In this document: piece after piece, positions 25,993 to 35,495 of the stretch
Numbering within the stretch: position 1 is the first letter of the stretch
Layout of the letters: every line of letters starts with the position of its first letter
IMG/VR virus record: IMGVR_UViG_3300009093_000009
Length of the DNA: 64,000 nucleotides
Source: a virus
Strand: one strand, 5' to 3'
Made by a program: the position numbers and the translations under genes
The notes under the pieces: generated by a model
Told to the model about the DNA's origin: nothing
Database searches by the model: none
Seen by the model: only the letters and a program-made list of their open reading frames with translations

Positions 25993-26793
25993 ATGCAAGC
26001 CGCCGTCATTCACGATTTTCAGACCGATGCCAATATCGCCCGCCGCCGCAGCCCGGAAGTTATCGAGCGGCATCTATCCAGTCTGTACCCAGGGGCGCGG
26101 CTGACGCAGGGAACGCTCGATGAAGACCGCGATGGGATCGACTTTTGGGTGGATTGGCGTCTTGGCCGGTTTTCCATCGATGTGAAGTACCGGGAGCGCG
26201 ATTGTCGTAATTTCGGCCTCGATGATGCGTGCCTCGAACTGGATGGTGGAAACGGCCCAGGATGGACGCTGGACCCATCCAAGAAGACGGAAGTGGTAGT
26301 TTGGGCATGGATGGACACTGGAAGGGCCTACAGCGCCCTTTACGCGCCATTACGGGACACTTTTATCGCTTATGCTAATGAATGGTCGCGCAGGTTCGGT
26401 ATCAAGGAGCAGGTCAACCGTAACGCAGGAAGCCAATATGTGACCCAATGGGTCGCAGTTCCCATCGATGTGCTGGAAACCGCGATGGCTCCCTACCTGC
26501 AAATGCGCGGCGGCATCCAGCTTTACGAAGATGCGGCCTTTTGCAGAGTTCCCGACTGCTGCCAGAGCGCCTTCTATCCCTGCGATGAAGCTGCTTACTG
26601 CGGACAGCACTACGAAAAGCTGCGTGATTGGCGCGAAAGCGATCTGATGAAGCATCGAAGGCTGCAATTGGAAGCTGCGGCATCGGCGGCAAGCAGTGCT
26701 AAGTACGATGCTATCAGCGAGAAGACCGAAGCCAGGCGCAATAAGCGCAAAAACAATGACGATTTCGCCTCCATTATGACAAAAAAGGGATAA
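25993..26793 (+). CDS. PD-(D/E)xK-like nuclease-fold protein with C-terminal Cys-rich region
   Basis: EDRDGIDFWVD...FSIDVKYRE fits a D...(D/E)xK pattern. C-terminal CRVPDCC...C...CGQH. GGAG RBS. Contains one variant copy of the palindrome. Confidence 0.5.
   Translation: MQAAVIHDFQTDANIARRRSPEVIERHLSSLYPGARLTQGTLDEDRDGIDFWVDWRLGRFSIDVKYRERDCRNFGLDDACLELDGGNGPGWTLDPSKKTEVVVWAWMDTGRAYSALYAPLRDTFIAYANEWSRRFGIKEQVNRNAGSQYVTQWVAVPIDVLETAMAPYLQMRGGIQLYEDAAFCRVPDCCQSAFYPCDEAAYCGQHYEKLRDWRESDLMKHRRLQLEAAASAASSAKYDAISEKTEARRNKRKNNDDFASIMTKKG
26439..26457. repeat. Palindromic motif variant (3-nt centre) inside a CDS
   Basis: TGTGACCC AAT GGGTCGCA within the 25993-26793 gene. Confidence 0.8.
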
Positions 26794-26798
26794 AAACC

Positions 26799-27194
26799 TT
26801 GAGAATTAACGCAAAAGACCCTGGCGCACATATGTTCATGCCTTTCGTCAACTGCATACGGATACCGCTATGCTTTGAAGTCGATACGGATGCCGGGATC
26901 GCTATTGTTGACCCTGAAGTTATCGAAATCGATGCGCGACTTAAGGAATTTGTCTTCAGTAAGCCCTTTGAGATTTCGGGGCGCAATATACGGCTAGTTT
27001 TGAAGGGCGAGATCGAAATTCGCAAGGAAGACGATAACGGAGACTGGACCATCGTGGTGACGGAAGACGAATTCCATAATTTATGTGTGCTTACCGAAGG
27101 TAATAAGTATCCTACGCGCGTTATTCGCGGCCTAAAAACTCCAACTGTCACCATTCACGGGACTTATCGCGGAGGGAATATCGACATTGGGTAG
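26799..27194 (+). CDS. Hypothetical protein (AT-richer segment)
   Basis: TTG start behind an AAGGGA RBS. An alternative ATG at 26832 lacks an RBS. Confidence 0.5.
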   Translation: MRINAKDPGAHMFMPFVNCIRIPLCFEVDTDAGIAIVDPEVIEIDARLKEFVFSKPFEISGRNIRLVLKGEIEIRKEDDNGDWTIVVTEDEFHNLCVLTEGNKYPTRVIRGLKTPTVTIHGTYRGGNIDIG

Positions 27195-28581
27195 AGGCGA
27201 AAAAGAACAGCTTGCCGATGTCATTGGTCATCGACAGAAGGGTTTTCCTGCGGCTATCCCTTCTTTCGATGGCCTGCCAGCCGAATTTCGCGATGGCGGC
27301 GTTGAAATGGTGCCGATCAGCGATATTTCTGCTCATCCCGGCAATTGGCAGATACATCCCGCGCAGCAGGGCGATGCGCTGCGCCAATCGCTCGATGAAT
27401 TCGGAGTGGTCCAGCCCTGCACGTTCAACCGGCAGACAGGGCACCTGCTCGATGGTCATCTACGGCTTGATATTGCCATCGAGCGCGGTCAGGACGCTCT
27501 TTTCTGTCGCGTAGTCGATTGGGATGCCCACAAGGAAGAACGCTTCCTGCTGGCGTGCGACAAGATCGGCAAGATGGCAGGCCAGGACGATGCGAAGCTG
27601 ATCGCACTGTTCGATACGCACAAGAACGATGACTTCGGACCGCCGCCAGGGTGGACCCTGGACGAAATCGAGAGCCTTGGCCCCATGGAGAAGCAGATCG
27701 ATGAGAAGCCGCAGATGGAGACGCCGGATGCACCGGACACTGATGAAGTACCTTCTCGCGCCGCTTTTGGCGATGTGTGGCAGGCCGGAGAGCACATCAT
27801 CGTGGTCGGCGATAGCAGCAAGACATCGACCGTACGGCAGGCAATGGCGGCGATGCGGGTTCAAAAAGTAGCGCAGGTCTTCACCGATCCGCCTTACGAT
27901 GGCATCAATGCATCGACGTTCGGAGGAGAGCGCCGTCCTGGTTGGGATGGCATCGAAGACGCGGGAATAGGACACTTCAGTCCTAATGACTGGTTTCTTC
28001 CCTCGATGCGCATCTGGTTCGGATGGTCGGATCGCGGGGCCGGGCCGTTCTCGCTGTTCTGCTTCTGCAACGATAGCCTGCTGCTCGATTATATGCAGTG
28101 GTGCAGGCAGCGCGGCGGAACCTGGGCAACGCTCACCTGTTACAAGACCTATCAGGTCATGCCCGTCAGCAGCCATCACTGGCCCGATTGCGAGTACCTG
28201 CTGTGGATGAAGCGCCAGGCGCATTGGAACGACAAGGAAGCGGCTCCGGATGCCAGGCGAGGCAAGGCGCTGCCGTGGGATAAGTCCGATGTATCCGACA
28301 CGCAGCGCGAAAGCGGACATCCGACACCAAAGCCCTTGGAACTGATCGCCAATCAACTGCTGCTGACCACGATGCCGCTTGATGTCATCGCGGACCCTTT
28401 CGGCGGCAGCGGGGCCGTGCTGATCGCCTGTGAAAAGCTGAACCGCAGGTGCCTCTACATCGACCGCGATCAGAAGTGGGCCGACGCTGCCTTAATGTGG
28501 TGGGAACTGATGACGGGCCATAAGGCCGAACTGATTTACTCGCTGGATGCAACCGATGACACAATCGACCGCGATAGCTGA
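27187..28581 (+). CDS. ParB-domain / DNA N6-adenine or N4-cytosine methyltransferase fusion
   Basis: N-terminal ParB-like segment (VPISDISAHPGN...LLDGHLRLDIAIERG). Methyltransferase motifs: motif IV FTDPPY, HPTPKPLEL, and motif I DPFGGSGAVLIACEKL. TTG start behind GGAGGG. Confidence 0.85.
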   Translation: MGRGEKEQLADVIGHRQKGFPAAIPSFDGLPAEFRDGGVEMVPISDISAHPGNWQIHPAQQGDALRQSLDEFGVVQPCTFNRQTGHLLDGHLRLDIAIERGQDALFCRVVDWDAHKEERFLLACDKIGKMAGQDDAKLIALFDTHKNDDFGPPPGWTLDEIESLGPMEKQIDEKPQMETPDAPDTDEVPSRAAFGDVWQAGEHIIVVGDSSKTSTVRQAMAAMRVQKVAQVFTDPPYDGINASTFGGERRPGWDGIEDAGIGHFSPNDWFLPSMRIWFGWSDRGAGPFSLFCFCNDSLLLDYMQWCRQRGGTWATLTCYKTYQVMPVSSHHWPDCEYLLWMKRQAHWNDKEAAPDARRGKALPWDKSDVSDTQRESGHPTPKPLELIANQLLLTTMPLDVIADPFGGSGAVLIACEKLNRRCLYIDRDQKWADAALMWWELMTGHKAELIYSLDATDDTIDRDS

Positions 28582-29107
28582 ACTGCCAAAAGCCAGAGAC
28601 TACGATGCCATCCCTGACACGTTCCGCGTGCTCACGGAAGAGAAGCGCAAGCTGATACTCTGGCACCTTCAGGAAGGCGAGACACGCGCTACTGCCTGTG
28701 CTCTGGCACGCATCAGGGTAGGCACGCTGTCACGCTCCATTGAAGTAGGCGAACGCGACCTGGAAGACTTTGAACTCTACGGCTGCCCGATGACGGCGCA
28801 GGCTCAGTTCGTTCAGGATATTCACTACGCCGAAGCCCTGGATAGGAAGAAGTACCGGGCCAAGCTATCCAAGATCGCTACCGATGATCCGCGCCAATGG
28901 ACGGCTGAGTTTGCAGAGCGAGAGCGTCAGAAGCCGATGGACTATGGCCGCAGGAGCACTGTATCGGTACAGCAGGAAACCGCCGTCAAGGTCGTCTTTG
29001 AGGAGCGCGGTGGCAATGCGTGGCAGGGCGTCAAGGAGCAGGCCACTATCGGATTTCTGCAATCGGGTGACATCATCGAAACGGAACTCTCTGATGAAGA
29101 TGGTTAG
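28547..29107 (+). CDS. Putative small terminase subunit
   Basis: HTH-like N-terminal region, position just upstream of the large terminase, and size. Confidence 0.45.
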   Translation: MQPMTQSTAIAELPKARDYDAIPDTFRVLTEEKRKLILWHLQEGETRATACALARIRVGTLSRSIEVGERDLEDFELYGCPMTAQAQFVQDIHYAEALDRKKYRAKLSKIATDDPRQWTAEFAERERQKPMDYGRRSTVSVQQETAVKVVFEERGGNAWQGVKEQATIGFLQSGDIIETELSDEDG

Positions 29108-29456
29108 AAAAACACTGAATGATGCCGCGCTATACATCGTGGATCATCTTTCGGAAAACGATGCCGCGACCATCATAGGGAGCCACGAAGCCATCGGCAA
29201 GTTTGAAGATGCCATCAAAAGCTGCTTTGACGTACCCGTTGGGATATTCCCTGGCGATGGCAGAAATATGCTTCCAGGCTTCCCGCGTGTTATGTTTCGA
29301 CCGATGGACGAAGATCACTGTCACGGCATTGCCAGCAAGGTAGTTATCCTTCTTGATGCTGTCACTGATGACTTCATTAACGCAGTCGTGCGACCGATAG
29401 TCGCTAAGTGGGAGAAGACCTATAACTGTAAAGGTCGGATAATCATGGTGCGCTAG
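29094..29456 (+). CDS. Hypothetical protein
   Basis: Start at MKMVRK. Lies between the terminase subunits. Confidence 0.5.
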   Translation: MKMVRKTLNDAALYIVDHLSENDAATIIGSHEAIGKFEDAIKSCFDVPVGIFPGDGRNMLPGFPRVMFRPMDEDHCHGIASKVVILLDAVTDDFINAVVRPIVAKWEKTYNCKGRIIMVR

Positions 29457-31045
29457 TGGCGACTAAGTATAAGCCAAAAGGCGGCGAAGAGTTTGTTGTC
29501 GGCATCCCCTCGATGCATCCGGGGCAGCAGCTTGTTCACAACGAAGCGGAAGCTATACTGAAGGCCACGGGAGGCTCGCTGGAAGCCTATGTGTGCGCTC
29601 ATCGTGGATGGTGGAAGTCCAGCTTCGTGCTGCGGCGTCTGCTGCTGCATCTACGGACCGGAATGCCTGCGGCGTGGTATGCGCCTACGATGAAACCCAT
29701 CGTGGATACCATCGAGAACCTGTTCAAGAAGGCCATCGGGAATGAGAACTGGGACTTATTTTACAATGAGACTAAGAAAATCCTTCGCTTACCTGATTGC
29801 GGCCCTCTGCACTTCTACAGTCTGCTGGAAGATGACGCAGGCCGTGGGCCAACCTTTCCGTTCATGGTGGGCGATGAGTGGGGCGCTCTTCCTGATGGCG
29901 TACATCAGTCTATTGTTAGACCTATACTTCGGAAAGCCAAATTAGCTTATGGTGGGAAAGCCGAAGGATGGTTCGTTGGAACCCCAAACGCAAAAGGTAA
30001 CCCGAAGAACCACTTCTACAAGAACCTGATGTTCGGCAAGAGCCGCAAGAAACTGGACATGATGGGATGGCTCATCCCGTTCTCCGCGCAGCTTGACCCG
30101 ATGACGGATACGATTGTGGGCCATCACAATCCCTACGCCAATAATGGCTACCTTCTACAAGACTTGATCGATGACTACGAGACAGCCGACCGCAAGGCTT
30201 CCGTACTGATCGAATGGCTCTGCTACTTCATATCCGATGAAGGCTCGCAGTTCGATAGAGACGCCGTGGAAGCGCAATGCTCGCTGCCGTGGGAGCAGAT
30301 CGAGACGCCGATAAAGGATACATCCTTCAGGCCGCTTCCGATGGACCCGAAGCTGGCGGGGCAGAAATTCCTATCGTATCGTTTGAGAGGCCATAAGCCT
30401 GCCGAAACTGCTTGGGTACAGATAGGCATCGACCTTGGCGTCAATAACGACAAGGTTTCGATACACGTCCTGGACCGCATGAAGATGCGGCATGTCTACT
30501 GTCATCACTTCCTGCCGTCCGGTCGCGATAAATGGTTTATGATCTACGAAGCCATCGCCCTGGTCGCCAGGATGTACCCAGGCGCTCGTATTATCGTGGA
30601 CGATAACGGCATCGGGCTGTCCATCACGGAAACCATGCGGCGGACCTACGGTATCCGGATGGAAGGTCTGAAATTTTCCGGTAAGAACAAGGAGCCTATC
30701 CTAAATCATGCCTCCTCGATGATCGAGAAGGCGAATGTGTGGCTGCTCAATTTGCAGTTCATCAAGGACGAGCTGAATGCCGTGCAGCGCCGCGCGCGTC
30801 CAGGCGGAACCGGCTTCGACATCAGAGCCTTCGGCAAGGACGCCAGGGACGACGCGCCCATGGCAATTGCCTTGATGCTGCACGAAGTCTTCCCATCCGT
30901 GATGGACGACGGTGAAGACGGCGACTTCCGCGTGCCTCGGTATACATCGGAAAGCATGGTGGCCGAAAGCATCATATCGGTTATCAATTCTCACCCTGAC
31001 GTAGCGTCGGAAAGCAATAGCTGGCATGACTTCCTTTCCACTTAG
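29456..31045 (+). CDS. terL: Terminase large subunit
   Basis: 529 aa. Walker-A-like AHRGWWKS, Walker-B-like FMVGDEWG, C-terminal nuclease-like IGIDLG...D. Immediately precedes the portal gene. Confidence 0.75.
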   Translation: MATKYKPKGGEEFVVGIPSMHPGQQLVHNEAEAILKATGGSLEAYVCAHRGWWKSSFVLRRLLLHLRTGMPAAWYAPTMKPIVDTIENLFKKAIGNENWDLFYNETKKILRLPDCGPLHFYSLLEDDAGRGPTFPFMVGDEWGALPDGVHQSIVRPILRKAKLAYGGKAEGWFVGTPNAKGNPKNHFYKNLMFGKSRKKLDMMGWLIPFSAQLDPMTDTIVGHHNPYANNGYLLQDLIDDYETADRKASVLIEWLCYFISDEGSQFDRDAVEAQCSLPWEQIETPIKDTSFRPLPMDPKLAGQKFLSYRLRGHKPAETAWVQIGIDLGVNNDKVSIHVLDRMKMRHVYCHHFLPSGRDKWFMIYEAIALVARMYPGARIIVDDNGIGLSITETMRRTYGIRMEGLKFSGKNKEPILNHASSMIEKANVWLLNLQFIKDELNAVQRRARPGGTGFDIRAFGKDARDDAPMAIALMLHEVFPSVMDDGEDGDFRVPRYTSESMVAESIISVINSHPDVASESNSWHDFLST

Positions 31046-32588
31046 CCCCGCCAATCCCTCGAATATCATCCCGATCCTGGATAGGAATGGGAGGCCGTAC
31101 GACCGTGGATCGGATGAAACCGGCACGCTCCTCGATACGCCCAACAGGGATCGCATTCTGTCGGGCGATCCATTCGGGCTGCTGCAATGGGCGCACGCCA
31201 TGCCAGGGTTCTCGCACGATGCTTTAATCTCTCATCGCGGGTGGGAAGTGGCCGATAATATGTTCATCAATTCGGCATACCAGGCTCTCTCCAGCGTCAA
31301 GGAGAATTCGATCATCTACAAGCCGTGGGCGGTCAATAGCCGCATCCAGAGCAAGGAGAAGGATACCGAAGGGCTATATCAGCTTGCCATCGAAGCGGCG
31401 GACTTCTGCCGCCACCTGATGGAGAATATCGCGGTAGCCGACACGAAGCAGGCCACGGACCCGCGCGAGATCATCATGGGCATGATAAAGGCCATGCACT
31501 ACGGCGCGTCCATGCAGGAAATAAATACCAAATGGTTCAAGGGCGGCAAGTACGATGGTCTATGCGGCATCAGCGATCTCGCCTTCAAGCAGGCCAAAAA
31601 CGTCGGATACTGGCTGCATCGTAAAACCAACCGCATCCTATCGGTGAATATCTTTAACGGCGGCAAATTCGAGAGCCAGGACGATGTGGCAGAAAATGGT
31701 CAGGTGGCCGATGGACCGTGGGATTGGGACTTGCCTCTGGAGAAGTTTCTATACTACTGCTACCGTAAGAAAGACGGCCTGCCCTATGGCTGGGGAGATT
31801 TCAGGCCCGCGCATCCGCATACGGTCGTCCTAGACCTTCTAATGAAGCTATGGGTCATCCTGGTGGAGAAATTCGCGGGAGGCTTCCTGAAGGGCTTTTA
31901 CAGCAATCCCGCTGACGCCAGACTACTTCTCGACGCGATGGACAAGCTGCGGCGCGGGGCAGCCGTGGCGCTTCCAGAGGGACTGGATATCACCCTTGAA
32001 CAGTTATCGGGCAATGGCATCGAAAGCGTCTCCACCTGTATCACCTACAACAAGCTGCAACTGGCGGAACTGCTTCTGGGCCAGAGCCTTACCACATCGC
32101 AGGGCGACCGTGGCAGCTACGCCCACGCGCATGTCCATCAGGACACCCAGGAGTTCTTCCTGGCCTACGTGCGCCGCGACATCGAGTTCCAGTGGGAGCA
32201 GCAGATATTCAGGCGCTTCCTGAACTTCAACTATGGCGACAAGTACGATGCCGTCATCCCGCGCCTATCCCTTGGCGTCTGGAACTGGCAGGAGATCAAC
32301 CTGATCGGAGACGCCGTTAAGAAGTTTGTCGATATGGGCGCGGTGGGCGCGAAGGCTCCCTTCGTGCGCGAACTGCCAGGCTTCCCGGCCTACGATAAGG
32401 ACGTGGAAGGAGATCTGACCATTGAGCCTGATCGCGAGCGCGTTACCATCGACAAAAGCGATCCAGGCAGCACGGGTCCATCGAAGCAGCGCCCAGGCAC
32501 GTCAGCGGCCCGCCCGATGAAGCTATCGGACGTACACCCGGATGATCGCATCCTGGTCATTTCCGACCCCGATATGCTCGACGCCTAA
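31026..32588 (+). CDS. Portal protein
   Basis: 520 aa, follows terL with a short overlap, precedes the prohead protease. Central region resembles Mu gp29/DUF935-type portals. Confidence 0.7.
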   Translation: MTSFPLSPANPSNIIPILDRNGRPYDRGSDETGTLLDTPNRDRILSGDPFGLLQWAHAMPGFSHDALISHRGWEVADNMFINSAYQALSSVKENSIIYKPWAVNSRIQSKEKDTEGLYQLAIEAADFCRHLMENIAVADTKQATDPREIIMGMIKAMHYGASMQEINTKWFKGGKYDGLCGISDLAFKQAKNVGYWLHRKTNRILSVNIFNGGKFESQDDVAENGQVADGPWDWDLPLEKFLYYCYRKKDGLPYGWGDFRPAHPHTVVLDLLMKLWVILVEKFAGGFLKGFYSNPADARLLLDAMDKLRRGAAVALPEGLDITLEQLSGNGIESVSTCITYNKLQLAELLLGQSLTTSQGDRGSYAHAHVHQDTQEFFLAYVRRDIEFQWEQQIFRRFLNFNYGDKYDAVIPRLSLGVWNWQEINLIGDAVKKFVDMGAVGAKAPFVRELPGFPAYDKDVEGDLTIEPDRERVTIDKSDPGSTGPSKQRPGTSAARPMKLSDVHPDDRILVISDPDMLDA

Positions 32589-32633
32589 AAACTAGTAGAA
32601 ATCATTCTACATTTTTATATCATCGGGGGTACC

Positions 32634-32882
32634 ATGGATAGAGAGGGCAGAACTTGTGATAAATGTGGCGGCGCTGCCCCCGACAGGCGCTCCAATAAGC
32701 GATCCTCCCAACCTATGCCAGCAATTCATAATATAACAATACACGGAAATAACTTTACAATTCGCCGCGAAAGCGTGAATAACGATGGTACAGTAAATCA
32801 CTTCGATCTCTGTCGAAAGTGTGCCGAAAACTTCCTACTAGAGTTAGTAGATGACCTTGGGATGAAAGCCAAGCCAACATGA
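32634..32882 (+). CDS. Small zinc-ribbon protein (AT-rich island)
   Basis: CDKCGG...CRKC pairs in an 82-aa ORF. Confidence 0.5.
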   Translation: MDREGRTCDKCGGAAPDRRSNKRSSQPMPAIHNITIHGNNFTIRRESVNNDGTVNHFDLCRKCAENFLLELVDDLGMKAKPT

Positions 32883-33085
32883 AAAGCGCCGCGCAGATCA
32901 ATGAAGCATTAGATATTCTAGAGCAGAGGCTTTCCAGTATCGAGAACTTACTTTCCGACATACAGCGATACCACCATGCCCAAATCGTGGCTCAGGCCAA
33001 GGCCCAGACCGCATCCATCGAGCATCAGTCGTGCCTGAAGCGGTACACGGATGTAGCCGCAAGTCGATCAAAATCATCCCGATAG
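32879..33085 (+). CDS. Small coiled-coil protein
   Basis: 68-aa ORF with a 4-nt overlap to the upstream gene. Confidence 0.45.
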   Translation: MKSAAQINEALDILEQRLSSIENLLSDIQRYHHAQIVAQAKAQTASIEHQSCLKRYTDVAASRSKSSR

Positions 33086-33115
33086 TTGACAAACGTATAA
33101 TTATGCGATTATACT
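33086..33115 (+). promoter_or_regulatory. Strong sigma70-type promoter
   Basis: TTGACA (33086-33091), 18-nt spacer, TATACT (33110-33115). Confidence 0.6.
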
Positions 33116-33283
33116 GAATTCGGCACTACCTCCAAGCCCTTTCGCGGCGTCTGCTGTTTCTCTTCCGGCAGACGCCGCGATAAATCATAATTTCATAGCT
33201 GTCGATGGGTTTTCCCATATGTCGCGGATACGCGGCTGGTCTGTCGGAAAATCCATCGACTAAGAAGCCAAATCGAGCATCAT

Positions 33284-33345
33284 GCCGGTTTCGTTTGAAA
33301 GTGTGACCCGTGGGTCGCATTTTAGCGAAACCGGCTTTTTCTTTT
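33284..33345 (+). terminator. Intrinsic-terminator-like nested hairpin containing the palindromic motif
   Basis: GCCGGTTTCG ... (TGTGACCCGTGGGTCGCA) ... CGAAACCGGC followed by TTTTTCTTTT. Confidence 0.6.
33302..33319. repeat. Palindromic motif copy 6
   Basis: TGTGACCCGTGGGTCGCA, nested in the terminator-like hairpin, 41 nt upstream of the protease start. Confidence 0.95.
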
Positions 33346-33360
33346 GACCTGGAGCCATCG

Positions 33361-34725
33361 ATGATCCCATTCCTGGGAGCATGGGCCTGCGATCAACAGC
33401 GCACCGACATACTAACCGCTAGTATCTCCCTGCTCTCCGCAACGGAAATACTGGCGATACAGGCGTCCTGGCTCGATGACGACAAAGAGCCTGACTACGC
33501 TGTCGATGCTGGCGTGGCGACCATCGCTCTCAAAGGCCCGCTTACCAAGGACGGCGGCTGGTGGACGCGCTACATGGGAGGCACATCGAGCACATCCTTC
33601 GCGGAAGCCATCGATGCAGCCAGCAGCGATCCATCGGTCAAGGCCATCCTGATAGACTGTGACTGCCCTGGCGGGGAAGTGCTCGGAACTCCCGCAGCCG
33701 CCGAAGCCGTGGCTCGATGTCAGAAGCCTGTCCTGGCCTACGTATCCGGGATGTGCTGCTCAGGCGCGTACTGGATATGCTCGCAGGCCGATGGCATCTA
33801 CGGCAGGCCCGAAAGCCAGTCGGGAAACATCGGATGCTACACCTACCTGACCGATACCAGCGAAATGTATAAGCGCATCGGGATCAAGGTTGAAGTCTTC
33901 CGCAGCGGCGACCACAAAGCCGTAGGAATAGCCGGTACTAAAATCACCGATGCACAGCGCACCGAAATCCAGAAGCGCATCGATGGGATTGCCGATCTTT
34001 TTCGCGCAGCCGTGGCATCGGGCCGTAGGATGAAGCCTGAGAAAGTGTCAGCAGTCAGCGATGGCCGCTCCTTTCTTGGCGCACAAGCAGTTTCGGAAGG
34101 GCTTCTCGATGGCGTCGCGGGACACGATGCCGTCATGTGCGCCCTTCAGAACCATGTCCCAGGATCGAAGAACAAGATACGGGTTGAAGCACGGCAAGAC
34201 CCGGAAGGAACATCCATGCGAAAGCCAAATGAAATTTGGGACGAATTGTCGGCATCGATGAAGGGATTCCTCGGCGGCGCTCAGGCTGCAACCGATACCA
34301 GAACCGCTCCATCAGGCGGCTCCAGTGTTACCAGCGATCCTGAGAAAGCACAGCTAGAAGCCAACCTTCAGCGCATCACGAAGGAGCGGGACGAAGCGAT
34401 GGCGTCTGTCGCTGCCCACGATGCCGCCCTCCAGTCTGCACGCGCCACGGAGAACCGCAACGCGGTCATGGCGCTTGTCACTGCTGGCAAGGTCAAGCCT
34501 GGCGAAGTCGATGCGGAGTGCGCTCTTCGCGCCAAGTCTCCAGAAGTCTACGATGCGACCATGAGCCGAGCGGTCGCCAGTGTTCTCACGCCTACTACCG
34601 ATAAGATCAGCGGCGAAGAAGCCAGCGATAAGGCAGCCGCTGCAAATGCTACCGCCGAGCAGAAGTTCCTCGATGCCGCTGCCGCGCACGTCAAGGCCAC
34701 CTATGGCCTACAGGAGACGAAATAA
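33361..34725 (+). CDS. S49 (SppA/ClpP-fold) prohead protease with C-terminal scaffold-like region
   Basis: KAILIDCDCPGGEV, MCCSGAYWICSQAD and GDHKAVG match S49 peptidase blocks. Ala/Glu-rich helical C-terminus. Start at MIPFLG downstream of the motif. Confidence 0.85.
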   Translation: MIPFLGAWACDQQRTDILTASISLLSATEILAIQASWLDDDKEPDYAVDAGVATIALKGPLTKDGGWWTRYMGGTSSTSFAEAIDAASSDPSVKAILIDCDCPGGEVLGTPAAAEAVARCQKPVLAYVSGMCCSGAYWICSQADGIYGRPESQSGNIGCYTYLTDTSEMYKRIGIKVEVFRSGDHKAVGIAGTKITDAQRTEIQKRIDGIADLFRAAVASGRRMKPEKVSAVSDGRSFLGAQAVSEGLLDGVAGHDAVMCALQNHVPGSKNKIRVEARQDPEGTSMRKPNEIWDELSASMKGFLGGAQAATDTRTAPSGGSSVTSDPEKAQLEANLQRITKERDEAMASVAAHDAALQSARATENRNAVMALVTAGKVKPGEVDAECALRAKSPEVYDATMSRAVASVLTPTTDKISGEEASDKAAAANATAEQKFLDAAAAHVKATYGLQETK

Positions 34726-35450
34726 TGAGCCAGGGCGGATATGGGCAGAACAGCCCGATCCTGGGATTTCCAGGCAATCTAGGCCGTACGGTAGGCGTCA
34801 TCGCATCGGGCGTGCCGCACTATAAGATGGGCGCGGTTACAATCGATTGGTCCACGGTGGGCCAGCAGCTTGCGGATACGACTATCGCGCAGGAAGGCCG
34901 CACCATCCTCGCGGGACAGAAATATATCCGGTACGGAACGGTGCTCTGCCGCATCACGGCGAGCAAGAAGTTCGGACCCTTCACCGACGCCATGCCCGCC
35001 GATACCAATAACGGCGCTATCGCGGCTGGTGCCGTCAGCTTCCTACTGACCACGGGATCGCTTTTCATCAACCCAGGCGACGTGCTCCACATCGCTGCGG
35101 GCGGCGGCACGGCGGAAGACATCGTGGTGGGCAGCTACAACAGCGGCACTAAGCGCGTCACCCTGCTTGCAGGGACCGCATTTGCTTTCCTGCACGGCGA
35201 TGTCACGGCGGTTACGAAGGCCAACGATGGCAGACAGACGCTCTCTCCGGGCGGCTGTATCATCGTGAGCCATACCATCGTGAAGGGACAAGACCTGGGC
35301 AGCGACTATGCTTCCAATGCCTTCGATGGCGGCGTTTGCAGTGTCTATGCCCCGCGCATTGCCTCCGATATTGCGGGCGGCGTGCCGGGTAATCCGACGC
35401 TGGCGCAGCTTAAGACGGCTTTCCCGTCGATCATCTTCGAGACTGACTAG
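34725..35450 (+). CDS. Head protein in the decoration-protein (lambda D) position
   Basis: Sits between the protease and the major capsid gene, as in lambda C-D-E order. No motif recognised. Confidence 0.45.
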   Translation: MSQGGYGQNSPILGFPGNLGRTVGVIASGVPHYKMGAVTIDWSTVGQQLADTTIAQEGRTILAGQKYIRYGTVLCRITASKKFGPFTDAMPADTNNGAIAAGAVSFLLTTGSLFINPGDVLHIAAGGGTAEDIVVGSYNSGTKRVTLLAGTAFAFLHGDVTAVTKANDGRQTLSPGGCIIVSHTIVKGQDLGSDYASNAFDGGVCSVYAPRIASDIAGGVPGNPTLAQLKTAFPSIIFETD

Positions 35451-35495
35451 GCGACATATCTGTCGCTTATGCGACAGTTTAGGAGAAAATGAAAC

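Larger units (their letters stand above)
33122..33345 (+). ncRNA. Candidate short structured transcript or leader of about 220 nt between promoter and terminator
   Basis: No convincing ORF. 11-bp hairpin at 33144-33178, a TCGATGG...CCATCGA enclosed multi-stem region, and a terminal nested hairpin plus T-tract. Confidence 0.35.

Noticed and set aside
25547-26073. Minus-strand ORFs 25547-25876 (109 aa) and 25864-26073 (69 aa)
   Set aside because: They run through the alternating purine-pyrimidine tract, which gives AHA/RAR repeats, and through the promoter region. No RBS. Treated as non-coding.
27460-28356. 298-aa minus-strand ORF
   Set aside because: Antisense to the ParB-methyltransferase gene, which has unambiguous DPPY and FxGxG motifs.
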